A stretch of DNA of 64,000 bases from Eledone cirrhosa (taxonomy: Eukaryota): assembly GCA_964016885.1 (NCBI GenBank), contig OZ024743.1, positions 322,896,001 to 322,960,000 on the forward strand, read 5' to 3'. The stretch's first letter is position 1. Each line of letters begins with the position of its first letter. The notes under the pieces were generated by a model that saw only the letters and a list, made by a program, of their open reading frames with translations, did not search any database and was not told the origin of the DNA. Made by a program: the position numbers and the translations under genes. This document shows positions 42,601-56,409 of this stretch, piece after piece.

Positions 42601-45600
42601 TCATTACTGCCTACCTCACCTCCTTTAGTCAAGCTTACTTCTCAGACCACAAATGACCTCAATCTTATCATTACTGCCTAACTCACCTCCTTTGGTCAAG
42701 CTTGCTTCTCAGACCACAAATGACCTCAGCTTATCATTACTGCCTACCTCACCTCCTTTAATCAAGCTTGCTTCTCAGACAACAAATGACCTCAACTTAT
42801 CATTATTGCCTCTCTCACCATTAGTCAAGCTTGCTTCTCCGACCACAAATGACCTCAATCTTATCATTACTGCCTACCTCACATCCTTTGGTCAAGTTGG
42901 CTTCTCCGACCACAAATGACCTCAATCTTATCATTACTGCCTACCTCACCTCCTTTGGTAAAGCTGGCTTCTTAGACCACAAATGACTTCAATCTCATCA
43001 TTACTGCCTTCATCTCATTTAGTCAAGCTTGCTTCTCAGTCCACAAAAGAACTCAACTTATCATTACTGCCTACCTCACCTCTTTACTCAAGCTTGCTTC
43101 TTAGACCACAAATGACCTCAATCTCATCATTACTGCCGTCATCACCTTTAGTCAAGCTTGCTTCTCAGTCCACAAAAGAACTCAACTTATCATTACAGCC
43201 TACCTCACCTCCTTTAGTCAAGCCTGCTTCTCAGACCACAAATGACCTCAATCTCGTCATTGCTGCCAACTACGCCTCCTTTAGTCAAGCTTGCTTCTCA
43301 GATCACAAATGACTTCAATCTCATCATTACTCCCTACCTCACCTCCTTTGGTCAAGCTTCCTTCTCAGACCACAAATGACCTCAATCTCATCATTACAGC
43401 ATACCTCACCTCCTTTAGTCAAGCTTGCTTCTCACACCACAAATGACCTCAGCTTATCATTACTGCCTACCTCACCTCCTTTAATCAAGCTTGCTTCTCA
43501 GACCACAAATGACCTGAATCTCATCATTACTGCCTTCATCACCTGTAGTCAAGCTTGCTTCTCAGACCACAAATGAACTCAACTTATCATTACTGCCAAC
43601 CACACCTCCTTTAGTCAAGCTTGCTTCTCATACCACAAATGACCTCAATCTTATCATTACTGCCTATCTCACCTTTAGTCAAGCTTGCTTCTCCGACCAC
43701 AAATGACCTCAATCTTATCATTACTGCCAACACACCTCCTTTAGTCAAGCTTACTTCTCAGACCACAAATGACCTCAACTTATCATTACTGCCTACCTCA
43801 CCTCCTTTAGTCAAGCTTGCTTCTCAGACCACAAATGACCTCAACTTATCATTACTGCCAACCACACCTCCTTTTTGTCAAGCTTGCTTCTCAGACCACA
43901 AATGACCTCAATCTCATCATTACTGCCTACCTCACCTCCATTAGTCAAGCTTGCTTCTCAGACCACAAATGACCTCAATCTCATCATTACTGCCAACTAC
44001 GCCTCCTTTAGTCAAGCTTGCTTCTCAGACCACAAATGACCTCAACTTATCATTACTGCCAACCACACCTCCTTTTTGTCAATCTTGCTTCTCAGACCAC
44101 AACTGACCTGAACTTATCATTATGGCCTACATCTCCTTTAATCAAGCCGGCTTCTCAGATCACAAGTGACCTCAATCTCATCATTACTGCCTACCTCACC
44201 TCCTTTATTCAAACTTGCTTCTCAGACCACAAATGACCTCAATCTCATCATTACTACCTACCTCACCTCCTTTGGTCAAGCTTCCTTCTCAGACCACAAA
44301 CATTCTCAAACTTATCATTACTGCCTACCTCACCTGTTTAGTCAAGCTTGCTTCTCAGACAATAAATGACCTCAAATTATCATTACTGCCAACAACACCT
44401 CCTTTAGTCAAGCTTGCTTCTCAGACCACAAATGACCTCAATCTTATCATTACTGCCTACATCACCTTTAGTCAAGCTTGCTTCTCAGATCACAAATGAC
44501 CTCAATTTATCATTACTTCCTAATTCAACTCCTTTGGTCAAGCTTGCTTCTCAAACCACAAATGATCTCAATCTTATCATTACTGCCTACCTCACCTCCT
44601 TTGGTCAAATTTGCTTCTCAGACCACAAATGTCCTCAATCTTATCATTACGGCCAACTACGCCTCCTTTAGTCAAGCTTGCTTCTGAGACCACAAATGAC
44701 CTCAACTTATCATTATTGCCTATCTCACCATTAGTCAAGCTTGCTTCTCCGACCACAAATGACCACAATCTTATCATTACTGCCTACCTCACCTCCTTTG
44801 GTCAAGTTGGCTTCTCCGACCACAAATGACATCAATCTTATCATTACTGCCTACCTCACCTCCTTTGGTAAAGCTGGCTTCTTAGACCACAAAAGAACTC
44901 AACTTATCATTACTGCCTACCTCACCTCCTTTACTCAAGCTTGCTTCTTAGACCACAAATGACCTCAATCTCATCATTACTGTCGTCATCACCTTTAGTC
45001 AAGCTTGCTTCTCAGTCCACAAAAGAACTCAACTTATCATTACTGCCTACCTCACCTCCTTTACTCAAGATTGCTTCTTAGACCACAAATGACCTCAATC
45101 TCATCATTACTGCCGTCATCACCTTTAGTCAAGCTTGCTTCTCAGTCCACAAAAGAACTCAACTTATCATTACTGCCTACCTCACCTCCTTTAGTCAAGC
45201 CTGCTTCTCAGACCACAAATGACCTCAATCTTATCATTGCTGCCAACTACGCCTCCTTTGGTCAAGCTTGCTTCTCAGACCACAAATGACCTCAATCTCA
45301 TCATTACAGCATACCTCACCTCCTTTAGTCAAGCTTGCTTCTCACACCACAAATTACCTCAACTTATAATTACTGCCTATCTCACCTCTTTAGTCAACTT
45401 GCTTCTCAGACCACAAATGACATCAATCTCATTATTACTGCCTACCTTACTCCTTTGGTCAAGCTTTCTTCTCAGACCACAAATGACCTCAATCTCATCA
45501 TTACTACCTACCTCACCTTCTTTAGTCAAGTTTGCTTCTCAGATCACAATTAACCTCAATCTCACCACTACTGCCTACCTCACTTCTTTGCTCAAGCTTG

Positions 45601-45916
45601 CTTCTCAGACCACAAATGACGTCAACTTATCATTACTGCCCACCTCACCTCATTTATTCAAGTTTAATGCTCAGTCCTCAAATGACCTCAACTTATCATT
45701 ACTGCCAACCACACCTCCTTTCGTCAAGCTTGCTTCTCAGAAAACAAATGACCTCGATCTCATCATTACTGCCTGCATCACCTCCTTTAGACAAGCTTGC
45801 TTCTCAGACCACAAATGACCTCAACTTATCATTACTGCCTACCTAACCTCCTTTAGTCAAGCTTGCTTCTCAGACCACAAAAGAACTCAATCTCATCATT
45901 ACTGCCTTCATCACCT
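39616..45916 (+). repeat. ~6.3 kb block, copy 1 (repeated at 50109-56409)
   Basis: ORFs 39712 to 45532 recur at +10493 (50205 to 56025). One difference seen: C42479 vs A52972. Confidence 0.95.
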
Positions 45917-48900
45917 GTAGTCAAGCTTGCTTCTCCGACCACAAATGACCTCAATCTTATCATTACTGCCAACACACCTCCTTTTTGTCAAGCTTGCTTC
46001 TCAGACCACAAATGACCTCAATCTCATCATTACTGCCTACCTCACCTCCATTAGTCAAGCTTGCTTCTCAGACCACAAATGACCTCAATCTCATCATTAC
46101 TGCCAACTACGCCTCCTTTAGTCAAGCTTGCTTCTCAGACCACAAATGACCTCAACTTATCATTACTGCCAACCACACCTCCTTTTTGTCAATCTTGCTT
46201 CTCAGACCACAACTGACCTGAACTTATCATTATGGCCTACATCTCCTTTAATCAAGCCGGCTTCTCAGATCACAAGTGACCTCAATCTCATCATTACTGC
46301 CTACCTCACCTCCTTTATTCAAACTTGCTTCTCAGACCACAAATGACCTCAATCTCATCATTACTACCTACCTCACCTCCTTTGGTCAAGCTTCCTTCTC
46401 AGACCACAAACATTCTCAAACTTATCATTACTGCCTACCTCACCTGTTTAGTCAAGCTTGCTTCTCAGACAATAAATGACCTCAAATTATCATTACTGCC
46501 AACAACACCTCCTTTAGTCAAGCTTGCTTCTCAGACCACAAATGACCTCAATCTTATCATTACTGCCTACATCACCTTTAGTCAAGCTTGCTTCTCAGAT
46601 CACAAATGACCTCAATTTATCATTACTTCCTAATTCAACTCCTTTGGTCAAGCTTGCTTCTCAAACCACAAATGATCTCAATCTTATCATTACTGCCTAC
46701 CTCACCTCCTTTGGTCAAATTTGCTTCTCAGACCACAAATGTCCTCAATCTTATCATTACGGCCAACTACGCCTCCTTTAGTCAAGCTTGCTTCTGAGAC
46801 CACAAATGACCTCAACTTATCATTATTGCCTATCTCACCATTAGTCAAGCTTGCTTCTCCGACCACAAATGACCACAATCTTATCATTACTGCCTACCTC
46901 ACCTCCTTTGGTCAAGTTGGCTTCTCCGACCACAAATGACATCAATCTTATCATTACTGCCTACCTCACCTCCTTTGGTAAAGCTGGCTTCTTAGACCAC
47001 AAAAGAACTCAACTTATCATTACTGCCTACCTCACCTCCTTTACTCAAGCTTGCTTCTTAGACCACAAATGACCTCAATCTCATCATTACTGTCGTCATC
47101 ACCTTTAGTCAAGCTTGCTTCTCAGTCCACAAAAGAACTCAACTTATCATTACTGCCTACCTCACCTCCTTTACTCAAGATTGCTTCTTAGACCACAAAT
47201 GACCTCAATCTCATCATTACTGCCGTCATCACCTTTAGTCAAGCTTGCTTCTCAGTCCACAAAAGAACTCAACTTATCATTACTGCCTACCTCACCTCCT
47301 TTAGTCAAGCCTGCTTCTCAGACCACAAATGACCTCAATCTTATCATTGCTGCCAACTACGCCTCCTTTGGTCAAGCTTGCTTCTCAGACCACAAATGAC
47401 CTCAATCTCATCATTACAGCATACCTCACCTCCTTTAGTCAAGCTTGCTTCTCACACCACAAATTACCTCAACTTATAATTACTGCCTATCTCACCTCTT
47501 TAGTCAACTTGCTTCTCAGACCACAAATGACATCAATCTCATTATTACTGCCTACCTTACTCCTTTGGTCAAGCTTTCTTCTCAGACCACAAATGACCTC
47601 AATCTCATCATTACTACCTACCTCACCTTCTTTAGTCAAGTTTGCTTCTCAGATCACAATTAACCTCAATCTCACCACTACTGCCTACCTCACTTCTTTG
47701 CTCAAGCTTGCTTCTCAGACCACAAATGACGTCAACTTATCATTACTGCCCACCTCACCTCATTTATTCAAGTTTAATGCTCAGTCCTCAAATGACCTCA
47801 ACTTATCATTACTGCCAACCACACCTCCTTTCGTCAAGCTTGCTTCTCAGAAAACAAATGACCTCGATCTCATCATTACTGCCTGCATCACCTCCTTTAG
47901 ACAAGCTTGCTTCTCAGACCACAAATGACCTCAACTTATCATTACTGCCTACCTAACCTCCTTTAGTCAAGCTTGCTTCTCAGACCACAAAAGAACTCAA
48001 TCTCATCATTACTGCCTTCATCACCTGTAGTCAAGCTTGCTTCTCCGACCACAAATGACCTCAATCTTATCATTACTGCCAACACACCTCCTTTTTGTCA
48101 AGCTTGCTTCTCAGACCACAAATGACCTCAATCTCATCATTACTGCCTACCTCACCTCCATTAGTCAAGCTTGCTTCTCAGACCACAAATGACCTCAATC
48201 TCATCATTACTGCCAACTACGCCTCCTTTAGTCAAGCTTGCTTCTCAGACCACAAATGACCTCAACTTATCATTACTGCCAACCACACCTCCTTTTTGTC
48301 AATCTTGCTTCTCAGACCACAACTGACCTGAACTTATCATTATGGCCTACATCTGCTTTAATCAAGCCGGCTTCTCAGATCACAAGTGACCTCAATCTCA
48401 TCATTACTGCCTACCTCACCTCCTTTATTCAAACTTGCTTCTCAGACCACAAATGACCTCAATCTCATCATTACTACCTACCTCACCTCCTTTGGTCAAG
48501 CTTCCTTCTCAGACCACAAACATTCTCAAACTTATCATTACTGCCTACCTCACCTGTTTAGTCAAGCTTGCTTCTCAGACAATAAATGACCTCAAATTAT
48601 CATTACTGCCAACAACACCTCCTTTAGTCAAGCTTGCTTCTCAGACCACAAATGACCTCAATCTTATCATTACTGCCTACATCACCTTTAGTCAAGCTTG
48701 CTTCTCAGATCACAAATGACCTCAATTTATCATTACTTCCTAATTCAACTCCTTTGGTCAAGCTTGCTTCTCAAACCACAAATGATCTCAATCTTATCAT
48801 TACTGCCTACCTCACCTCCTTTGGTCAAATTTGCTTCTCAGACCACAAATGTCCTCAATCTTATCATTACGGCCAACTACGCCTCCTTTAGTCAAGCTTG

Positions 48901-50241
48901 CTTCTGAGACCACAAATGACCTCAACTTATCATTATTGCCTATCTCACCATTAGTCAAGCTTGCTTCTCCGACCACAAATGACCACAATCTTATCATTAC
49001 TGCCTACCTCACCTCCTTTGGTCAAGTTGGCTTCTCCGACCACAAATGACATCAATCTTATCATTACTGCCTACCTCACCTCCTTTGGTAAAGCTGGCTT
49101 CTTAGACCACAAAAGAACTCAACTTATCATTACTGCCTACCTCACCTCCTTTACTCAAGCTTGCTTCTTAGACCACAAATGACCTCAATCTCATCATTAC
49201 TGTCGTCATCACCTTTAGTCAAGCTTGCTTCTCAGTCCACAAAAGAACTCAACTTATCATTACTGCCTACCTCACCTCCTTTACTCAAGATTGCTTCTTA
49301 GACCACAAATGACCTCAATCTCATCATTACTGCCGTCATCACCTTTAGTCAAGCTTGCTTCTCAGTCCACAAAAGAACTCAACTTATCATTACTGCCTAC
49401 CTCACCTCCTTTAGTCAAGCCTGCTTCTCAGACCACAAATGACCTCAATCTTATCATTGCTGCCAACTACGCCTCCTTTGGTCAAGCTTGCTTCTCAGAC
49501 CACAAATGACCTCAATCTCATCATTACAGCATACCTCACCTCCTTTAGTCAAGCTTGCTTCTCACACCACAAATTACCTCAACTTATAATTACTGCCTAT
49601 CTCACCTCTTTAGTCAACTTGCTTCTCAGACCACAAATGACATCAATCTCATTATTACTGCCTACCTTACTCCTTTGGTCAAGCTTTCTTCTCAGACCAC
49701 AAATGACCTCAATCTCATCATTACTACCTACCTCACCTTCTTTAGTCAAGTTTGCTTCTCAGATCACAATTAACCTCAATCTCACCACTACTGCCTACCT
49801 CACTTCTTTGCTCAAGCTTGCTTCTCAGACCACAAATGACGTCAACTTATCATTACTGCCCACCTCACCTCATTTATTCAAGTTTAATGCTCAGTCCTCA
49901 AATGACCTCAACTTATCATTACTGCCAACCACACCTCCTTTCGTCAAGCTTGCTTCTCAGAAAACAAATGACCTCGATCTCATCATTACTGCCTGCATCA
50001 CCTCCTTTAGACAAGCTTGCTTCTCAGACCACAAATGACCTCAACTTATCATTACTGCCTACCTAACCTCCTTTAGTCAAGCTTGCTTCTCAGACCACAA
50101 AAGAACTCAATCTCATCATTACTGCCTTCATCACCTGTAGTCAAGCTTGCTTCTCCGACCACAAATGACCTCAATCTTATCATTACTGCCAACACACCTC
50201 CTTTTTGTCAAGCTTGCTTCTCAGACCACAAATGACCTCAA
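43863..50241 (+). repeat. 2,110 bp higher-order repeat (~32 monomers), three tandem copies
   Basis: ORF sets 44018/46128/48238 and 45219/47329/49439 sit at offset 2110. One difference seen: G48355 vs C in the other copies. Confidence 0.97.
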
Positions 50242-53200
50242 CTTATCATTACTGCCAACCACACCTCCTTTTTGTCAAGCTTGCTTCTCAGACCACAAAT
50301 GACCTCAACTTATCATTATTGCCTATCTCAGATTTAGTCAAGCTTGCTTCTCAAACCACAAATGACATCAATCTCATCATTACTGCCTACCTCACCTCTT
50401 TTGGTCAAGCTTGCTTCACAGGCCACAAATGACCTGAACTTATCATTACTGCCTACTTCACCTCCTTTAATCAAGCTTGCTTCTCAGACCACAAATGACC
50501 TCAATCTCATCATTACTGCCTACCTCACCTCCTTTATTCAAGCTTGCTTCTCAGACCACAAACGACCTCAATCTCATCATTACTACCTACCTCACCTCAT
50601 TTGGTCAAGCTTCCTTCTCAGACCACAAAAAATCTCAAACTTATCATTACTGCCTACCTCACCTCCTTTAGTCAAGCTTGCTTCTCAGACCACAAATGAC
50701 CTCAATCTCATCATGAATGCCTACCTAACCTCCTTTAGTCAAGCTTGCTTCTCAGACCACAAATGACCTCAACTTATCATTATTGCCTATCTCACCTTTA
50801 GTCAAGCTTGCTTCTCCGACCACAAATGACCTCAATCTTATCATAAATGCCTACCTCACCTCCTTTGGTAAAGCTTGCTTCTCAGACCACAAAAGAACTC
50901 AACTTATCATTACAGCCTCTCTCACCTCCTTTAGTCAAGCTTGCTTCTCAGACCACAAATGACCTCAACTTATCATTACTGCCTACCTAACCTCCTTTAG
51001 TCAAGCTTGCTTCTCAGATCACAAATGACCTCAACTTATCATTACTGCCTACCTCACCTCCTTTAGTCAAGCTTGCTTCTCAGACCACAAATGACCTCAA
51101 TCTCATCATTACTGCCTACCTCACCTCCTTTAGTCAAGCTTGCTTCTCAGACAAAGAATGACCTCAAATTGTCATTACTGCCTACCTCACCTCCTTTGGT
51201 CAAGCCTGCTTCTCAGACCACAAATGACCTCAATCTCATCATTACAGCCTACCACACCTCCTTTGGTCAATATTGCTTCTCAGACCACAAATGACCTCAA
51301 TCTCATCATTACTGCCTACCTCACCTCCTTTAGTCAAGCTTGCTTCTCAGACCACAAATGACCTCAATCTCATCATTACTGCCTACCTCACCTCTTTAGT
51401 CAACATGCTTCTCAGACCACAAATGACATCAATCTCATTATTACAGCCTACCTCACCTCCTTTAGACAAGCTTGCTTCTCAGACCACAAATGACCTCAAA
51501 TTATCATCACAGCCTACTTCACCTCCTTTAGTCAAGCTTGCTTCTAAGACCACAATTGATCTCAATCTCATCATTACTGCCTACCTCACCTCCTTTGGTT
51601 AATCTTGCTTCTGAGACCACAAATGACCACAATCGCATCATTACTGTCTACCTCACCTCCTTTAGTCAAGCTTGCTTCTCAGACCACAAATTACCTCAAT
51701 CTCATTATTACAGCCTACCTCACCTTCTTTAGACAAGCTTGCTTCTCAGACCACAAATGACATCGATCTCATCATTACTGTCTACCTCACCTCCTTTAGT
51801 CAAGCTTGCTTCTCAGACCACAAATGACCTCAATCTCATTATTACAGCCTACCTCACCTCCTTTAGACAAGCTTGCTTCTCAGACCACAAATGACCTCAA
51901 ATTATCATCACAGTCTACCTCACCTCCTTTAGTCAAGCTTTCTTCTCAGACCACAAATGACCTCAACTTATCATTACTGCCTACCTAACCTCCTTTAGTC
52001 AAGCTTGCTTCTCAGACCACAAATGACCTCAACTTATCATAACTGCCTACCTCACCTCCTTTAATCAAGCTTGCTACTCAGACCACAAATGACCTCAATA
52101 CCATCATTACTGCCTTCATCACATTTAGTCAAGCTTGCTTCTGAGTTCACAAATGACCTCAACTTATCATTACTGCCTACCTCACCTCCTTTGGTCAAGC
52201 CTGTTTCTAAGACCACAAATGACCTCAACTTATCATTACTGCCCACCTCACCCCTTTAGTCAAGCTTACTTCTCAGACCGAAAATCACCTCAACTTATCC
52301 TTACTGCCTACCTCACCTCCTTTAGTCAAGCTTGGTTCTCAGACCACAATGACCACAATCTCATCATTACTGTCTACCTCACATCCTTTAGTCAAGCTTG
52401 CTTCTCAGGCCACAAATGACCTCAATCTTATCATTACTGCCTACCTTATCTCCTTTAGTCAAGCTTGCTTCTCAGACCACAAATGACCTCAATCTCATCT
52501 TTAATGCCTACCACACCTCCTTTAGTCAAGCTTGCTTCTCAGACCACAAATGACCTAAATCTCATTATTACAGCCTACCTCACTTCCTGTAGACAAGCTT
52601 GCTTCTCAGACCACAAATGACCTCAAATTATCATCACAGCCTACCTCACCTCCTTTAGTCAAGCTTGCTTCTCAGACCACAATTGATCTCAATCTCATCA
52701 TTACTGCCAACTACGCCTCCTTTAGTCAAACTTGCTTCTCAGATCACAAATGACCTCAATCTCATCATTACTACCTACCTCACCTCCTTTGGTCAAGCCT
52801 GCTTCTCAGACCACAAATGACCTCAACTTATCATTACTGCCTAACTCACCTCCTTTAGTCAAGCTTGCTTCTCAGACCACAAATGACCTCAACTTTTCAT
52901 TACTGCCTACCTCACCTCTTTTAGTCAAGCTCGCTTCTCAGACAAAGAATGACCTCAAATTATCATTACTGACTACCTCACATTCTTTGGTAAAGCTGGC
53001 TTCTTAGACCACAAATGACTTCAATCTCATCATTACTGCCTTCATCACATTTAGTCAAACTTGCTTCTCAGATCACAAATGACCTCAATCTCATCATTAC
53101 TGCCTACCTCACCTCCTTTAGTCAAGCTTACTTCTCAGACCACAAATGACCTCAATCTTATCATTACTGCCTAACTCACCTCCTTTGGTCAAGCTTGCTT

Positions 53201-56200
53201 CTCAGACCACAAATGACCTCAGCTTATCATTACTGCCTACCTCACCTCCTTTAATCAAGCTTGCTTCTCAGACAACAAATGACCTCAACTTATCATTATT
53301 GCCTCTCTCACCATTAGTCAAGCTTGCTTCTCCGACCACAAATGACCTCAATCTTATCATTACTGCCTACCTCACATCCTTTGGTCAAGTTGGCTTCTCC
53401 GACCACAAATGACCTCAATCTTATCATTACTGCCTACCTCACCTCCTTTGGTAAAGCTGGCTTCTTAGACCACAAATGACTTCAATCTCATCATTACTGC
53501 CTTCATCTCATTTAGTCAAGCTTGCTTCTCAGTCCACAAAAGAACTCAACTTATCATTACTGCCTACCTCACCTCTTTACTCAAGCTTGCTTCTTAGACC
53601 ACAAATGACCTCAATCTCATCATTACTGCCGTCATCACCTTTAGTCAAGCTTGCTTCTCAGTCCACAAAAGAACTCAACTTATCATTACAGCCTACCTCA
53701 CCTCCTTTAGTCAAGCCTGCTTCTCAGACCACAAATGACCTCAATCTCGTCATTGCTGCCAACTACGCCTCCTTTAGTCAAGCTTGCTTCTCAGATCACA
53801 AATGACTTCAATCTCATCATTACTCCCTACCTCACCTCCTTTGGTCAAGCTTCCTTCTCAGACCACAAATGACCTCAATCTCATCATTACAGCATACCTC
53901 ACCTCCTTTAGTCAAGCTTGCTTCTCACACCACAAATGACCTCAGCTTATCATTACTGCCTACCTCACCTCCTTTAATCAAGCTTGCTTCTCAGACCACA
54001 AATGACCTGAATCTCATCATTACTGCCTTCATCACCTGTAGTCAAGCTTGCTTCTCAGACCACAAATGAACTCAACTTATCATTACTGCCAACCACACCT
54101 CCTTTAGTCAAGCTTGCTTCTCATACCACAAATGACCTCAATCTTATCATTACTGCCTATCTCACCTTTAGTCAAGCTTGCTTCTCCGACCACAAATGAC
54201 CTCAATCTTATCATTACTGCCAACACACCTCCTTTAGTCAAGCTTACTTCTCAGACCACAAATGACCTCAACTTATCATTACTGCCTACCTCACCTCCTT
54301 TAGTCAAGCTTGCTTCTCAGACCACAAATGACCTCAACTTATCATTACTGCCAACCACACCTCCTTTTTGTCAAGCTTGCTTCTCAGACCACAAATGACC
54401 TCAATCTCATCATTACTGCCTACCTCACCTCCATTAGTCAAGCTTGCTTCTCAGACCACAAATGACCTCAATCTCATCATTACTGCCAACTACGCCTCCT
54501 TTAGTCAAGCTTGCTTCTCAGACCACAAATGACCTCAACTTATCATTACTGCCAACCACACCTCCTTTTTGTCAATCTTGCTTCTCAGACCACAACTGAC
54601 CTGAACTTATCATTATGGCCTACATCTCCTTTAATCAAGCCGGCTTCTCAGATCACAAGTGACCTCAATCTCATCATTACTGCCTACCTCACCTCCTTTA
54701 TTCAAACTTGCTTCTCAGACCACAAATGACCTCAATCTCATCATTACTACCTACCTCACCTCCTTTGGTCAAGCTTCCTTCTCAGACCACAAACATTCTC
54801 AAACTTATCATTACTGCCTACCTCACCTGTTTAGTCAAGCTTGCTTCTCAGACAATAAATGACCTCAAATTATCATTACTGCCAACAACACCTCCTTTAG
54901 TCAAGCTTGCTTCTCAGACCACAAATGACCTCAATCTTATCATTACTGCCTACATCACCTTTAGTCAAGCTTGCTTCTCAGATCACAAATGACCTCAATT
55001 TATCATTACTTCCTAATTCAACTCCTTTGGTCAAGCTTGCTTCTCAAACCACAAATGATCTCAATCTTATCATTACTGCCTACCTCACCTCCTTTGGTCA
55101 AATTTGCTTCTCAGACCACAAATGTCCTCAATCTTATCATTACGGCCAACTACGCCTCCTTTAGTCAAGCTTGCTTCTGAGACCACAAATGACCTCAACT
55201 TATCATTATTGCCTATCTCACCATTAGTCAAGCTTGCTTCTCCGACCACAAATGACCACAATCTTATCATTACTGCCTACCTCACCTCCTTTGGTCAAGT
55301 TGGCTTCTCCGACCACAAATGACATCAATCTTATCATTACTGCCTACCTCACCTCCTTTGGTAAAGCTGGCTTCTTAGACCACAAAAGAACTCAACTTAT
55401 CATTACTGCCTACCTCACCTCCTTTACTCAAGCTTGCTTCTTAGACCACAAATGACCTCAATCTCATCATTACTGTCGTCATCACCTTTAGTCAAGCTTG
55501 CTTCTCAGTCCACAAAAGAACTCAACTTATCATTACTGCCTACCTCACCTCCTTTACTCAAGATTGCTTCTTAGACCACAAATGACCTCAATCTCATCAT
55601 TACTGCCGTCATCACCTTTAGTCAAGCTTGCTTCTCAGTCCACAAAAGAACTCAACTTATCATTACTGCCTACCTCACCTCCTTTAGTCAAGCCTGCTTC
55701 TCAGACCACAAATGACCTCAATCTTATCATTGCTGCCAACTACGCCTCCTTTGGTCAAGCTTGCTTCTCAGACCACAAATGACCTCAATCTCATCATTAC
55801 AGCATACCTCACCTCCTTTAGTCAAGCTTGCTTCTCACACCACAAATTACCTCAACTTATAATTACTGCCTATCTCACCTCTTTAGTCAACTTGCTTCTC
55901 AGACCACAAATGACATCAATCTCATTATTACTGCCTACCTTACTCCTTTGGTCAAGCTTTCTTCTCAGACCACAAATGACCTCAATCTCATCATTACTAC
56001 CTACCTCACCTTCTTTAGTCAAGTTTGCTTCTCAGATCACAATTAACCTCAATCTCACCACTACTGCCTACCTCACTTCTTTGCTCAAGCTTGCTTCTCA
56101 GACCACAAATGACGTCAACTTATCATTACTGCCCACCTCACCTCATTTATTCAAGTTTAATGCTCAGTCCTCAAATGACCTCAACTTATCATTACTGCCA

Positions 56201-56409
56201 ACCACACCTCCTTTCGTCAAGCTTGCTTCTCAGAAAACAAATGACCTCGATCTCATCATTACTGCCTGCATCACCTCCTTTAGACAAGCTTGCTTCTCAG
56301 ACCACAAATGACCTCAACTTATCATTACTGCCTACCTAACCTCCTTTAGTCAAGCTTGCTTCTCAGACCACAAAAGAACTCAATCTCATCATTACTGCCT
56401 TCATCACCT
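50109..56409 (+). repeat. ~6.3 kb block, copy 2 (includes most of a fourth 2,110 bp unit)
   Basis: Matches 39616-45916 at offset 10493 = 6273 + 2 x 2110. The match ends at TCATCACCT|T (56410) vs TCATCACCT|G (45917). Confidence 0.95.
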
